A stretch of DNA of 64,000 nt from Octopus vulgaris. Taxonomy: Eukaryota. Made by a program: the position numbers and the translations under genes. The stretch covers positions 22,258,001 through 22,322,000 of the forward strand of contig OX597836.1 in NCBI GenBank assembly GCA_951406725.2. Direction: 5' to 3'. The notes below the pieces were generated by a model, which was given only the letters and a program-made list of their open reading frames with translations, was not told where the DNA came from and made no database searches. Of the stretch, positions 40,601 through 53,812 are shown piece after piece (within the stretch, counting starts at the first letter, position 1; each line of letters begins with the position of its first letter).

Positions 40601-40674
40601 TTTAACAACAACAACAGCAGCAGCAGCAACAACAAACAACACACAAAAAAAAGAAACAGAGAAAGAATACTTAC

Positions 40675-40830
40675 ATAGTTTTCAGGATGAAGCTTGATCA
40701 GAAATTTTTTGCGTTTGAAACTTAGTTTTCTAATTTTGGCCCATGAAAATGTGTTGATTTTAGTCAGGTTTTGGAATACAACAATACCCATGTGTGCTAC
40801 CGATAGACTAAGATGAACGCCTTCATGGTC
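40675..40830 (-). CDS. FARP: FARP-family exon (F3): [52 protein letters not shown]
   Basis: 156 bp, cacag| after a long CT tract and |gtaagt, phase 0/0. Contains the highly conserved [20 protein letters not shown]. Confidence 0.96.
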
Positions 40831-41806
40831 CTGTGGGGGGAGAGAGAGAGAGAAAGTGAGAGAGACAGATTAGCAAAACAGAGATTAGACAGAGAAAGCA
40901 GAGAATGACAGAGTAAAAGACAGAATAGAGAGAAGAGAAAGGAGTTCAAAAAGGAAAAGGAGAGGAATGAAAAATAGTAAGAGAAAGCGTGTGTGCATGT
41001 ATGTAGAATTAACAAAAAGGACAACGACAACAATAACAGCAATAATGTTGAAGATGATTAGGAGAATAATGGCAACGACTGTTGTTGATGTAAGAACTGT
41101 TTTATCCATGTCTGGGCATCTTCTCCTGACTAGATATATGGCTCTTTGTTGATGATGATGATGATGATGATAAACTGTGATATTTGTGGTGGTGTCAAGA
41201 GTGATGACGACAAACAATGGTCGTTGTTCATGGTAACGGCAATGATGACAGAGATAGGAGCAATGATGGCGATGATTGTAACAATGGTAATGATGATGAT
41301 AGTGATGATCCTCAATGCTAGTGATGACAGTAACATTGCCAGTAGCATTAATGACAAGGAAGGTGATGATGATGATGATGGTGATGGTGATGATGATGTC
41401 AGTGGTGATAATGATGGTAGTGATAATCAAGATGGCGATGAAGATGATGATGACAGTACCATTGACAACGACAATAACAACAGCAATAATATTGAAGGAG
41501 AAGGATGATGACAAATGCTTAAATGCTTTACATCACTCCCAGTCTCCTCTTCCTCCTCCTCATCCTTATTATTATCACGACAATGAGAAAAACTCAAAAC
41601 TGTTGTCAGAAAAAAATCTTAGGTAATCAAAGAAGAAAGTTGCAATGAAATGAAATCAAATTACAACAGCAGCAGCAACAATACCATGATTTTCATTATC
41701 AAGCTTCTGAAATCTCCCTACTCCCACCACACAAAAAAAAAATAAATAAATAAAAAGGAACCTAATTAAATATAAGAAAAACACAAAAATTTCCTTCAGA
41801 ACTCAC

Positions 41807-41894
41807 CTTCGCTGGAAAATTTCTTATTCCATATTGTTCTACTTTCCTTGCTGTATCTAATAAATTTAAGTCAGCCTCCGAAGGACCTTGGCCA
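41807..41894 (-). CDS. FARP: FARP-family exon (F2/F3 junction): GQGPSEADLNLLDTARKVEQYGIRNFPAK
   Basis: 88 bp, ttcag| and AAG|gtgagt, phase 2/0. GQ.P.E.D..LL..AR..E.YGI motif. Confidence 0.94.
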
Positions 41895-42510
41895 CTGAAC
41901 ACAGCAACAGGAGACAGAAAGACAAAGACAGAGAGTAAAGAGAGAGAAAAATTAGCAAATAGAAAGAGAGAGAGAGTTTGTGATACGTGTTGATTTATTA
42001 CATGTCACACATGGAGTTACTTGTGTGTGTGTTACATCACATAGGCACACACTATGCTACAAAGAGAACTCATTACTTACATGTTACAGAAACCACCTAC
42101 AAGGCTACTCATAAGTTACATGTCGCACAGGAGTAAAACTATAAAGACATATTTGCTTCATAGGTGTGTATGCGTCACAGGTGATACAATGAGTGACAGA
42201 GGTTTGTGACTTACATGTGATACAACATGAAACAAAGAGAATAATTTTCTAATATGTTTGATACAAGATTCATCACAATGTAACTTATGCCCTTGAAATA
42301 CACATACACAAAGAAATATATGTGGCACAAAATATTAACTAGAAATAAGGAACTCTCTGTTACTTGTGACAAGAGAAATTTACCTAAAGACGAGGATGAT
42401 GTAACAGTGTTGCAAAATGTTACACAGACCTAAAAATGTATTATGTAGCATAAAATGTGCCACAAGGTTTCATGAGGTCTTGTGGAAAGTCAATGAGGGA
42501 GCATCTAAAC

Positions 42511-43160
42511 CAATAGTTCTCAACCAGGTCCATGTGGAGGCACATGGCCTAGTGGTTAGAGCAGCGGACTCGCAGTCAAAGGATCGCGAGTTTGAATCTC
42601 AGACCAGGCGATGTGTGTGTTTATGAGCGAAAACACCTAAGCTCCATGCGGCTGCGGCAGAAGGTAATGGCGAACTTCTGCTGACTCTTTCGCCACAACT
42701 TTCTCTCACTCTTTCCTCCTGCATCTTGCAGCTCACCTGTGATGGACCAGCGTCCCGTCCAGGTGGGGAACCTATACGCCAAGAAACCGGCCCTTATGAG
42801 CCAGGCATGGCTCGAGAAGGAACAAACAACCAGGTCCATATATGATTTTTTGGGGTCCAAACTAGCAAAATAGTAAACTGGGGACCCACAGTAATATTTT
42901 AAGGGTTCACGAAAAGTTTTGATTTAAATGTATGTATTGCAAGAAACATCTAGGTTTCTTTTTCTGACATTTGTAGTTCAACAAATGGAAGTGAATGAGT
43001 GAATTGAATAACAAAATAGGAATTTTGAAAGAAGTACCTTTAGAATTAGTTTTTAAACATCGAATGGCTATGTGGGGGGGGGGGGCACAAGAATAAAATA
43101 GTAAACAAAGGGATCCATAATGGGGTCCAAAGGGATCCAAAAAATGGTTGAAAACCACTG
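42511..43160. mobile_element. hAT/Charlie-like MITE carrying a nested SINE
   Basis: Imperfect TIRs CAATAGTTCTCAACC / GGTTGAAAACCACTG. The 8-bp flanks atctaaac / ctttaaat resemble a decayed TSD. Confidence 0.65.
42534..42826 (+). mobile_element. tRNA-derived SINE with 13-bp TSD
   Basis: A box TGGCCTAGTGG, B box GTTTGAATC, TSD CAACCAGGTCCAT at 42521-42533 and 42827-42839. Confidence 0.85.
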
Positions 43161-43919
43161 CTTTAAATGGTTGCTTGACCTGCTAGAAACAGCAGCTAAA
43201 TCTCATCCAAAATTACATTCTGGAAGTTTTTAGTTTATAGTAGAAAAGAGAGTTTTAGCTCTTCATAAAATGCACTTGCCATGCCTTAGGCCCTCAATTT
43301 CTACTGGAAGATACTAGTGCGTAAGGATGTGGTTGTGACATTTGGCATACTCAGGACATTTTAAAACCTGGGTGGGTGGGTTGGTTGGTATCAAATGTTT
43401 AATTGTGTGATACCAAGAGTTACATTAAACAACCGAAGAAATTCTTCATTATGTAACACAGCATTATTAAACAGAACTGGGAGTATATGGCCTGGTCACA
43501 TGTACCATGTTTGCACTAATTGATTTGGATGCTTACATAGTCATGAGTAGACATAGACTCCCTCTCAACTCTCCCACCCTTTGATCCAGTGCCACACTTA
43601 AGATGTGGTACAAATTATTAACTATTACACAATCAAGAAATCATTATGTAACCAGTGTTACAAGTGTCACAAGTACCATCAAAGAGATTACTCATGTAAT
43701 ACAACAGTAAAAAAACACAGATGATCTTTCCGTAACACAAACAATGTTACATATGTGACAAACAGTGTCAGATCTGTGTCAAACAAAAAAGTAACATCAA
43801 ACTTGTATGTGATACAACAGTAACAAAAAAAGACAATCTTCATGTAAGACAAACAATATTACATCTGTGTCATAATATGAAACAACATTAAAGAGGAGAA
43901 AGAGAGAAGAGTCACTCAC

Positions 43920-44043
43920 ATGTGTTGTCTGTGATATTCCATAATCTTAAGATCGAGATCAGGAGATTGATGAGGCACAAATTTATGGAGACTCAAATAG
44001 GATTCATCTAAATATTCGTCTTCTAAGAAGTCACCAATTTCAG
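43920..44043 (-). CDS. FARP: FARP-family exon (F2): (A)EIGDFLEDEYLDESYLSLHKFVPHQSPDLDLKIMEYHRQH(I)
   Basis: 124 bp, ttcag| and AT|gtgagt, phase 1/2. EIGDF...KI.E.H motif. Confidence 0.93.
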
Positions 44044-44202
44044 CTGAAGATTAAAAAGAAATATTCACATATTTAGAACTCAACAATTCTCACTCCCATC
44101 CCATCGTCACCATCATTTAATATTCCTATTCTATGCATTGTTCTAAACATTCACAATTGTCTGATGATCTATTACCTGAAACCGTGGGTAACAGTTTGTT
44201 AA

Positions 44203-44423
44203 ACCTTTCGTTACCAACCCGGCCAAATCCGGCTCTGGCTCTGTAGTACAAATGTCTTGTTTTCATAAATTTTGCATTAAAATATACCACCAAACCCTAG
44301 TTGCAATTTATATTCCTAACACTAGCTTAATGATAACTAAGTTATTTTACTAAATTCTTTGTTATATTTAAAATAATTGAAAGAAACACAGAGCATTACA
44401 AAATAAATACAGTAACGAAAGAG
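44203..44423. mobile_element. Second copy of the 221-bp TTAA MITE, opposite orientation
   Basis: TTAA|ACCTTTCGTTACC ... GTAACGAAAGAG|TTAA. The body is the reverse complement of 63063-63283. Confidence 0.85.
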
Positions 44424-44899
44424 TTAAGTCTTTTCAGCTTTAACAAAATATTATATGTATACCATCATCATAATCATTTAACATATATTTCCCCATCCTG
44501 GCCAGAGGTTGGACAGTTTGACAGAATTCAGCAAGCCACAGGGCTGTGTTGAGCTCTAGTAACTGCTTTCACATGGTTTCTACAGCTGGATGAACTTCCT
44601 GATGCCAACCACTTCACAGAGTGTAACTGTGCACTTTTTAGGAGTTGCCAAGGCACTTGTAAAACAAGACTCTCCTTGACTGAGAGGATGTAGTATTGAG
44701 GCAGGTGGCTTTATGCCAGGTGATGAGGAGTTGAAGTATGATAAAAGGACAGGATCAAGTGTCTTGCAGTAGAGGAGAAACATGGCTACTCCAGTTGGAA
44801 AAGAAGAGGGGATGTTGAAAAGGCATCAGGGCATACCCTTAAGTTACAAGAAAGTCAACATTAGAGAAATAGTGCAGAGTATTGGACAGGGTACATCTA

Positions 44900-44953
44900 G
44901 AAAGATAGATAGATAGATAGACAGAGAGACAGATAGATAGATAGATAGATAGT

Positions 44954-44985
<32 letters not shown>

Positions 44986-45037
44986 TAGATAGACAGACAG
45001 ATAGATAGACAGACAGGTAGATAGATAGACAGACGGG

Positions 45038-45073
<36 letters not shown>

Positions 45074-45160
45074 AAGAGATAGGTAGATAGATAAACAGAT
45101 ATACAAACAAACAGATATAGATAGACAAAGAGGTAGATAGATAGAGATAAACAGATAAAC

Positions 45161-45201
<41 letters not shown>

Positions 45202-45206
45202 CAGAT
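44900..45206 (+). repeat. (GATA/GACA)n compound microsatellite; representative of the many (TA)n, (CA)n, (GA)n, (AAT)n and (GAT)n tracts in the window (e.g. 2725-2972, 41150-41500, 45830-45930, 49473-49700, 50600-50815)
   Basis: Directly visible. Confidence 0.95.
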
Positions 45207-46083
45207 CAATGCAGGTTACAAATAACTGGTAGACTGGATGTTTTTAAGAAGTAAAAATGTGAAAGGATGTCAGTGGGGGCCAGGGGAGAGGGGAAGAGAA
45301 ATAAGATAAGAGAAGATGATAACTGCATAAGACTGATGACGATGATGATGATGTAATGGCTTGAAACCTTTCCAACAGAATTCCCAACCATATCAGATTA
45401 TATGACACCACCACCACCAATACGTCTGACAAGAACAACTACATCAACCATTTCTCATTCCTGAACCGATACATACAGAGGATGGACAGAATTCTATAAC
45501 TTGACTTTTAAACATGCACACACACGCACGCATGTGTGCACATACCCACAGACACATACACACGCACAAAGACATTTCTCAAATTTATTCGTTTCTTAGT
45601 CTTGGCAAGAGCCATGGAAAGTTTGTGATGAAAGGGGAGAAAGTGAGGTAGGGAGGGAGGGAGGGAGGGAGGGAGGAGGAGGAAAAAGAGAGAGCGGCAG
45701 AGTTATGAAATGTGGGAGGGATGAGTTGATTCAGTGCAAGTCTCTGTATATTGCGGCACCATAAATATTAAACAGCCGAGTAAAATGAGAACTTTGATAA
45801 CAACAACAACAACGATAAGAACTGAGCAAGATAATAATAATAATAATAATAATAATAGTAATAATAATAATAATAATAATAATTATAATAATAATAATGA
45901 TAATAATAATAATAATAATGATAATAATATAACAACAACAGTATAGAGTAATGAATGCAGTGGTTGTGAAACGAGTTTTATGTTACTTGTCAGTTAAGTC
46001 TCTTGGGACATTCAACTTTTAACCAACTAATTATCAAGGAAGAACTTCCACTCGATAATTTTCTCCTCTCAAATGCATGTGTA

Positions 46084-46125
<42 letters not shown>

Positions 46126-47039
46126 CTGCAATGGGAACCAGTCTCTGAGTTGGATCTACAGCTTGCACGAATTGGGTACCTACATGGTGTATACATATAT
46201 ATATATATATATATATATGTTTGTCTATGTATACTTATATACAGATAGATTGTAAGTGTAATATGTGCGCGCTTCCAGCATACAACCAGCTAATGATAAC
46301 TTTGTTTCTGAGTATTGTAACCTCAGTAACTGACCTTTCCTAGCATTCTACACATTGAAACACCCTAGGTTCCAACAAATCTTGTGTGTGTGTATGTATA
46401 TATATATATCATCATCATCATCATTTAACGTCCACTTTCCATGCTAGCATTGGTTGGACGATTTGACTGAGGATTGGCGAACCAGATGGCTGCACCAGGC
46501 TCCAATCTTGATCTGGTAGAGTTTCTACAGCTGGACGCCCTTCCTAACACCAGCCACTATGAGAGTGTAGTGGGTGATTTTAAGTGCCACGAGCATGGGG
46601 GCCAGTCATGCGGTACTGGCAACGGCCACACTCAAATGGTGTTTTTTACGTGCCACCTGCATAGGAGCCAGTCCAGAACTCACTCGAATGTTTTTTTCAC
46701 GTGCCATTGGCACAAGTGCCAGTAAGGTGACGCTGGTAACAATCACACTCGAATGGTGCTTTTTACGTGACACCTATGTGTGCGTGTATCACCACTATCA
46801 TCAACGTTTTACATCTGTTTTCCATGCTGGCATGGGTTAAGATAGATTGACAGGATCCAGTAAGCTGCAGGGGCTGCACCAAGCTCCAGAGTCAGCTTGG
46901 CATGGTTTCTATAACTGGGTACCCCTCACTTTACACTGTGTACCGGGTGCTTTTTTTTCAAGCCACCAAGTAATTTGCAAAACAGAAAAAAAAAACAGAG
47001 AAAAAGATAAAAACCTCCATCACAAAATGCTAACTCTAA

Positions 47040-47385
47040 CCCTAACCCTTGTCATCTCCTTCATAAGGCTCAGCATCTTGAGGTCCGCCTTCCATACGTC
47101 ATCTCATATCTTCCTGGGTTTCCCTCTTCCATAATCTCCATCCACTTTGAGCAACTGGCACTTCTTGATGCAGCTGTCCTCATACATACACAACACATGA
47201 CCACACCAGCACAGTCTTCTCTCTTATTATATCTGATTCCTCTTGTGCTTAATTTTTCTCTCAATACTTTAACACTTTGCCATACTTGCCCACTGACATT
47301 GCACATCTATCAGAACATACTAACTTCATTCCTCTCTAGTCTTTGCATGTCATCTGCATTCAGTGTCCATATTTCACTTCCATAT
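47040..47385 (-). mobile_element. RTE-like LINE fragment (post-RT region); similar fragment at ~34600-34815
   Basis: LYGSEIWTL..DDMQRLERNE.SM...MCNVS...LREKL motif. Confidence 0.75.
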
Positions 47386-47727
47386 AGTATGTATGTGTTT
47401 ATGTATCTATACATGTATGTATGTATGTATGTATGTATGTATGTGTATGCATAAGTGATTATATCTAAACATGCATATATACACACAGAAATATATACAT
47501 ATATAAAAACATACACACACATACAAGTTGTCCCAAATGTCATGAAATAGCAGAAAGTCTAATTAAACATTTCTGTCTGTTAATTATTTATGGTAAATTT
47601 AATTAAAGTTTATTAATATTTTAAACCTATCTACTCACCTGTTACACAGGTGTGTGAGCTTGTATCTATGCACGCACAACACATGCTTAATAATATCTAG
47701 ATAGACATATACACATCAATACATACT

Positions 47728-47765
<38 letters not shown>

Positions 47766-48109
47766 TGAGAAGCCTGCTTCCCAATAACACGGTACAGGGT
47801 TCAGTCCTACTGTGTGGCCTCTTGGGCAAGTATCTTGTTACGCTTCCACCATGGATCCAATCAAATTAGAGCCTTGTGAGTGGATCTAGAAGATGGAAAC
47901 TGAAAGAAGCCCATTATGAGCGGGTGCATGTGATTATTGTGTCCCCATTACACTGATGGTGTCCTTCATTACCAAACCTTCTGTGAAAACAAGTCTAGCC
48001 ATGAGGAAATGGTGACTGGAAGGGCATCTGGTGATAGAAAATCTGCCTCAACAAATTACACCTGACTGATGCAAGCATGGGGAAGTGGATGTTAAAACAA
48101 TGATGAGGG

Positions 48110-48765
48110 AAGGTATATGGCTGAGCAGTTAAGGTATTCAGCTCACAATCATAAGGTTGTGAATTTGATTCATGGCAGCACATTGAGTCCTTGAGCAAGA
48201 CACTTTACTTCACATTGGCAAAAGGCGTAGGACCTGCATTTTAAAGGAGCCAGCCTTTGTCACATTCTGTTCTATTCTGAATCTCCCTGCGAACTATATG
48301 AAGGGTACGTGTGTCTGTGGAGTGCTCAGCCACTTGCATCTCATGAGCAGGCTGTTCTGTTGATCGGATCAACTGGAACCCTTGTCATCATAATCAACAG
48401 GAAACCAGGTCATTATTTGTCCATTTATTTATTTATTTATTGTGAAAGTGTGTGGCTTAGTGGTTAGGGTATTCAGCTCACAATCGTAAGGTCGTGAGTT
48501 CAATTCCTAGTACTGCATTGTGTCCTTCAGCAAGAGGGTTAATTTCACATCACCTCAGTTCACTCATCTGGCAAAAATGAGTTGTCATTGTATTTCAAAT
48601 GGTTTGCCTTGTCACATTCTGAGTCAGGCTGAATCTCCCTAAAAACTACAATAAGGGTACATATGTCTGTGGAATACTCAGCCACTTGCATGTTAATTTC
48701 ACAAACTGGCAGTTCTGTTGGCTGGATCAACTGGAACATGCATTGCCATAATCGATAGAATGCCA
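48110..48765 (+). mobile_element. Two adjacent copies of a further tRNA-SINE family (also 39317-39640)
   Basis: Heads TGGCTTAGTGGTTAGGG...GAGTTCAATTCC and a shared body (ctgaatctccct...gtctgtggagtgctcagccac). Confidence 0.75.
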
Positions 48766-49815
48766 GTTTTTCTAAATGATGATAATGATATACACAAACA
48801 CGTGTATACGTACTTATACACACATAAATATAAACATGTTCAATACTATACGTCAGACATGGATGGCTGGGTCGGTGGATGGATAGATAAACAGACTGAC
48901 AGAAAGAGACAGTCAGACACAATGAAAGACGTACATACAACAGACAGGCAGGCAGGCAAGCAGACACACAGACATCAGATTATGAAACACTTCAGCTATC
49001 TTATTATTTTCTTAAGGTTTTATTTATTTTCAACATCATGCAATGTTTTCACACACACACACAGAGAATCATACGTTCTCGACAACACACCACATACAAA
49101 AATCATCGCAAGCATACACACACACATACATACACACACACGCACGCGCCTTCTGCCCCTCCCCTCCACCCCCATTTATTCACATAGTTCAAGACAACAT
49201 CTCTATCCAACCTATCACAATTATGATTGCTGTGAAACATCTGCACAATAAGCCACAGCTGTTGTGCATCTGAGCAAAATTTCATTAACGTAACAGATTT
49301 TCTTGTTGCATTTGTTGTTGTGGTGGTGATGGTGGTGGTGGTGGTGTCTTATTTTTTTTTCTTATTTTTTTTTAACCATTTTCTTACAGTTCTATGTTTC
49401 TCTTGGAATACGGAACAAAAGACAGAGTGCCTTTCAGCCATGTCAAGTTGTTTCATTGCTGCGGTTGGTTGGAGAGAGAGAGAGAGAAAGAGAGAAAGAG
49501 AGAGAGAGAGCGAGAGAAAGAAAGAGAGGGAGAAAGAGAATAGAGAGAGAGAAAAAGAGAGAGAGAGTAAAGAGAGAGTGAAGAGAGCGAGAGAGAATAG
49601 AGAGAGAAAGAAAGAGAGGGAGAGAGAAAGAAAGAGAGAGGGAGAGAGAGAGCAAGAGAGAATAGAGAGAGAGAATAGAGAGAGTGAGGAGAGAGAGAGA
49701 ATGGAGTGGTTCAGTGTTGTTGGAGTGACATGGAGATGTTTGAATGTTTGAGAGTTAGAGTTTCAGATATGGAGGGAAATAAAATTAGAAAGAGTATGAA
49801 ATATAGAAATTAAAA

Positions 49816-49871
<56 letters not shown>

Positions 49872-50702
49872 GGAGAGAGAGAGAGAAAGAGGTAGAAAGG
49901 TGGTGGTGGTGAAAATTAATTTATAGAACTTATAGCCTATAGGATAAAGCAAGGCAACTTATATTTTGTAATAATGGAAATTACGAGGTGGGAGATTATT
50001 GGTGGTGGTGGTCATGATGGTGATGATGGTGAGAATAGCAGTCATGGTGTCAATGATGATGATGGGGGTTGATGGCACTAGGAATGGTGGTGGTGGTGAA
50101 GCTGGTGATTATGATGATGATGATTATGATGATAATGATAATGTCTAAAACATATAAAATTATTTCTTAAAATGTTTGGCTTTCTTTTAATATTCTTCTA
50201 ATTCTCTTATCAACACTCCACCCCCACGAAAAAGAAATTTTTTTTTTTTTTTAAATCCTCAAAAATATTAGAAATATTTCCAGAAAAGAGCAAAAATAAA
50301 ACAACAATTTCCATCCGATTAGAAATATCTATTATGAATTTACAGTGAGTTCTGAGAAGGTGAGAGAGAAAAAAAACTGAAGAAGAGGAAGAGAGAGAGA
50401 GAGAGGAAGGCATACACAGATACATGCAAATGTGCGTGTTTGTGTATATACGCACATATACATACTCAGAAAGAGTTGTATATAAAAAGAGAGAGAGAGA
50501 GAGAGGGATATATACATATATATATATTAAATAAAGACATAGAGGAAGAAGGGTATATGGGTATATATGAAGAGAAAGGGATGTATATGAGAGAGAGTGT
50601 GTGTGTATACATATACATATACATATATACATATATATATATACATATATACACACACATATATATATATATACACACACACATACATATATATATACAC
50701 AG

Positions 50703-50742
<40 letters not shown>

Positions 50743-50778
50743 ATATATATATATACACACATACATATATATATATAT

Positions 50779-50813
<35 letters not shown>

Positions 50814-51491
50814 CATTCCACATAACAGCACATGGCAAAAAGAGATGGTAGTGGTGGTGGTGGTGGGGGAGATTAGAAGAGTGGGTGTGGAAAGGGTGGT
50901 GTTCTTTCAGCACTCAGTTGCACCAATACTGACTGACATTGTAGCAATCAAGTAACATCCTCATCTGCCAGCAGGCACATTAAAATTGATGCAATCTACT
51001 CAACGATTGCACTCTTTTTTTGCTGTTGTTGTTGTTGTGTTTTTCTTCTCCCCCCCACTGCATGCAGCAGATACGGTGAGATCAGACGAGGTTGAAGTGC
51101 AACGAGTAGATATACCAACACGGTAGAACCGACTTATGGAATGATAAATGGAGGCCTCCAGATGTCAAGCAGACAGGAAGAAGCATAAAAAGGATGTGAT
51201 GTGGAAAGTGAGAACGCAATTAGAGTTGACTTGAAGGAGGGCATCTGGCAGCAGAGGAGTACCTCAGGAAATTTCATCCAATGCGTACCAGAGTGGGAAA
51301 AGTATTATGTGAAAATGATGAGGAGGAGGAGGAGGATGTAAGGTGGCTTTTCTGTCAGGTAGAGCGACCTCGTATGGAGTCCGTGGTTGTTACGAAGTTT
51401 TGAAAACAGTGGAGAATAGACATGAAGAAGTGAAATAAGTATATCTTTAAATGTGCTGTACAGGAAGAAAATTAACGAGAAAAATAGTGAA

Positions 51492-51830
51492 GGCACGTGG
51501 CTCAGTGGTTAGAGCATCGGACTCACAATGATGAGGTAGTGAGTTCAATTTCCAAACTGGGCTGTGTGTTGTGTTCTTGAGCAAGACACTTTATTTCACA
51601 TTGCTCCAGTTCATTCACCTGTAGAAATGAGTTGTGATGTCACTGGTGTCAAGCTGTATTGGTTTTTGCCATTCCCTTGGATAACATCAGTGGCATCAGG
51701 AGAGGCTGGTATGTATGGGCAACTGCTGGTCTTCCATAAACAACCTTGCCCAAACTTGTGCCTTGGAGAGTAACTTTCTAGGTGCAATCCCATGGTCATT
51801 TATCACTGAAGGGGGTATTTACCCTTTTAC
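51492..51830 (+). mobile_element. tRNA-derived SINE family B
   Basis: GGCACGTGGCTCAGTGGTTAGAGC head and GTTCAATTTCC B box. Reverse copies at 54585-54894 and ~31280-31500. Confidence 0.8.
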
Positions 51831-52369
51831 AGGAAGAAAATTAATTGCTCATTCTCCAACATTCTAAAATATATTTTAATGTATCTTCAGCATCATCATC
51901 ATTAAGGTAATATGCTTAGAAACAGATGAGAGTTGGCAACAAGAAGAGCATTCAACCACAAAATACCTGCCTCAACAAATTCCCCTTAATCCATGCCAGC
52001 ATGGAAAAGTGTAAGTTAAAACGATGACAATGTTGCTGTAGACGAATTGCATAATTTTGGGGTTGATCTCAAAGTACTTCACCTAGAGCCTTGTGAAAAG
52101 GACCATTCCTGTTCTGGCGAAATATAGGCTTACTTTGTCCCTGGGTTTAACATCGCAACCCCTTCACCCTCAAGTCCCTCCCCTTGGATAATGTTAGAAA
52201 TGATGCTCCACATTGTTGCAACAATTGGGGCCAGATTTCTGGTCTGATAGCTACTCCCTTGCCACCTCTCCATTCTATACTAATCTTGGAGATCCTGATA
52301 AAGGGTCACAGGCACTGCACTTCCTTCATTGATGAACCCATAAAAAGTAGACAAGCAAACAAAACTCAC

Positions 52370-52467
52370 CTTGAACTATATAAGAAGCTAGAAGAGCCAA
52401 TGTATTGTCACTGCAAGGTAATGCTTCAGTTTTGAGGTCCCGTTTTACTTGAAGAGCAAATAAATAT
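52370..52467 (-). CDS. FARP: FARP-family exon (F2): (R)[32 protein letters not shown]
   Basis: 98 bp, tacag| and G|gtgagt, phase 2/1. [10 protein letters not shown] is characteristic of FARP/FRMD7. Confidence 0.95.
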
Positions 52468-52549
52468 CTGTAAAAGATAAAGAAACAAATAGTAAAATGA
52501 CAATGGCTTTTGGTTCTTAATATGTTTGGTAGTAATAGTGAAAAAAATG

Positions 52550-52959
52550 GGATCTTTTCAGTTTGAACGGCAGTTTTTAACATAATTTCTAGGTAACTAA
52601 AAAATTTAAAAACTTCGTATACTGGTAGAATGTGTTTATAAAACATCTTTTTCTCTTGGCTTTATTGAGAAAATTCTATAGTTTGTAAGATATTTGTTGT
52701 TTTTTTTCTTCAATTTCTGCAATTTCAACCAATCACTGATGTCTAGTGAGGTAAAAAGCATTCTGTGCTGCATGAATATGTCCCTCGTTTAAGAAACAGA
52801 TTGGGTTTATTTACATTTCTGAAGAAGAAAAGATACCCTTCCCCCCATCCCTAACTAAAACAGATTGAAATGCAATAGATTGATACTAGGGTCATAATTA
52901 TGGGTGACAATTTCATATGACATCACTAGAAAAAACTGCCGTTCAAACTGAAAAGATCC
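52550..52959. mobile_element. MITE with perfect 29-bp TIRs
   Basis: GGATCTTTTCAGTTTGAACGGCAGTTTTT ... AAAAACTGCCGTTCAAACTGAAAAGATCC, with A-rich flanks. Superfamily uncertain. Confidence 0.85.
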
Positions 52960-53633
52960 AAAAAAAGTTCTTCAGTTATTAAATTTACTAGTTTTATGCC
53001 ATCTATACAATCTATACACTATTAAATTTCAAAATCTGCATTGCCTCCTGTGTATATGAAGAATTTAACCAAAAACAGTTCATTGGAGTGGGAAAGCACT
53101 TTGACTAATGTACTCTTGAACATAAGCTCTTTTGTTTGAAATACCTTCTGGTGTATTTCTGGGCTTTGGAACCTTGAAAACTAAAAAATGTTACTTATTA
53201 ACATAAGAAAGTATTTTCTGGCCATTCATGAAAGGGAGGCAATTTACTAACATATGGAAGAAAGAGAGAACAAGGAGGAGATAGAAAACACAGTAAGATA
53301 TATATAAATGAGTATGGTGTGTGTGAGAGTGTGTGTGTAATGAGGAAGTAATCTATACAAAGAAGATATTGATAGGAAGTGAACAAGAAACAGTAAGAGA
53401 GGCAAGAAAGGAGTTCAAAAGAAAATGAAAAAGAAAAATGAATGTGAAAAGAAAGTGAGAAGAGAAGGAGAATTCATACGAGTTGAGGTCACCATAGTGA
53501 CCATGTGCATTTGAAAAACCCTTATGTGTGTTTGTCTTTCTCTCTCTCTCTCTCTGATGTACATATATATATATAAAATAAATTAATAAATAAAATAAAA
53601 CATATGCAAATATACATACATATATGTACGTAC

Positions 53634-53812
53634 CTACTTCTACATGTATATATACATGCATATATGGGTACAGGACACCAAAAACACGTCGAGCACAATG
53701 AGAAACGAAAACATAAACACAAAACCAAGGAACTGGACATTTTTCTTAAACAACGAAAAAATAGAGTACAGGACAAATAACACAAGGAAAATTCCCCTTC
53801 TTCAGTCGCCAT
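53634..53812 (-). CDS. Candidate alternative first coding exon, Cys-rich: MATEEGEFSLCYLSCTLFFRCLRKMSSSLVLCLCFRFSLCSTCFWCPVPIYACIYTCRS(R)
   Basis: Kozak-like gaaACCATGG, donor AG|gtacgt in phase 2 matching the 52467 acceptor and restoring R-YLFALQ. Upstream sequence is unique and contains CpGs. Confidence 0.55.

Noticed and set aside
40885-41626. Asp/Met/Ile-rich ORFs
   Set aside because: Degenerate (GAT)n trinucleotide tract inside a FERM intron.
47030-47050. Telomere-like ctaaccctaaccct
   Set aside because: Only about two units; insufficient.
51492-51560. tRNA genes at SINE heads (also 38913, 42534, 48450)
   Set aside because: A and B boxes are present, but there is no complete cloverleaf and they run straight into SINE bodies.
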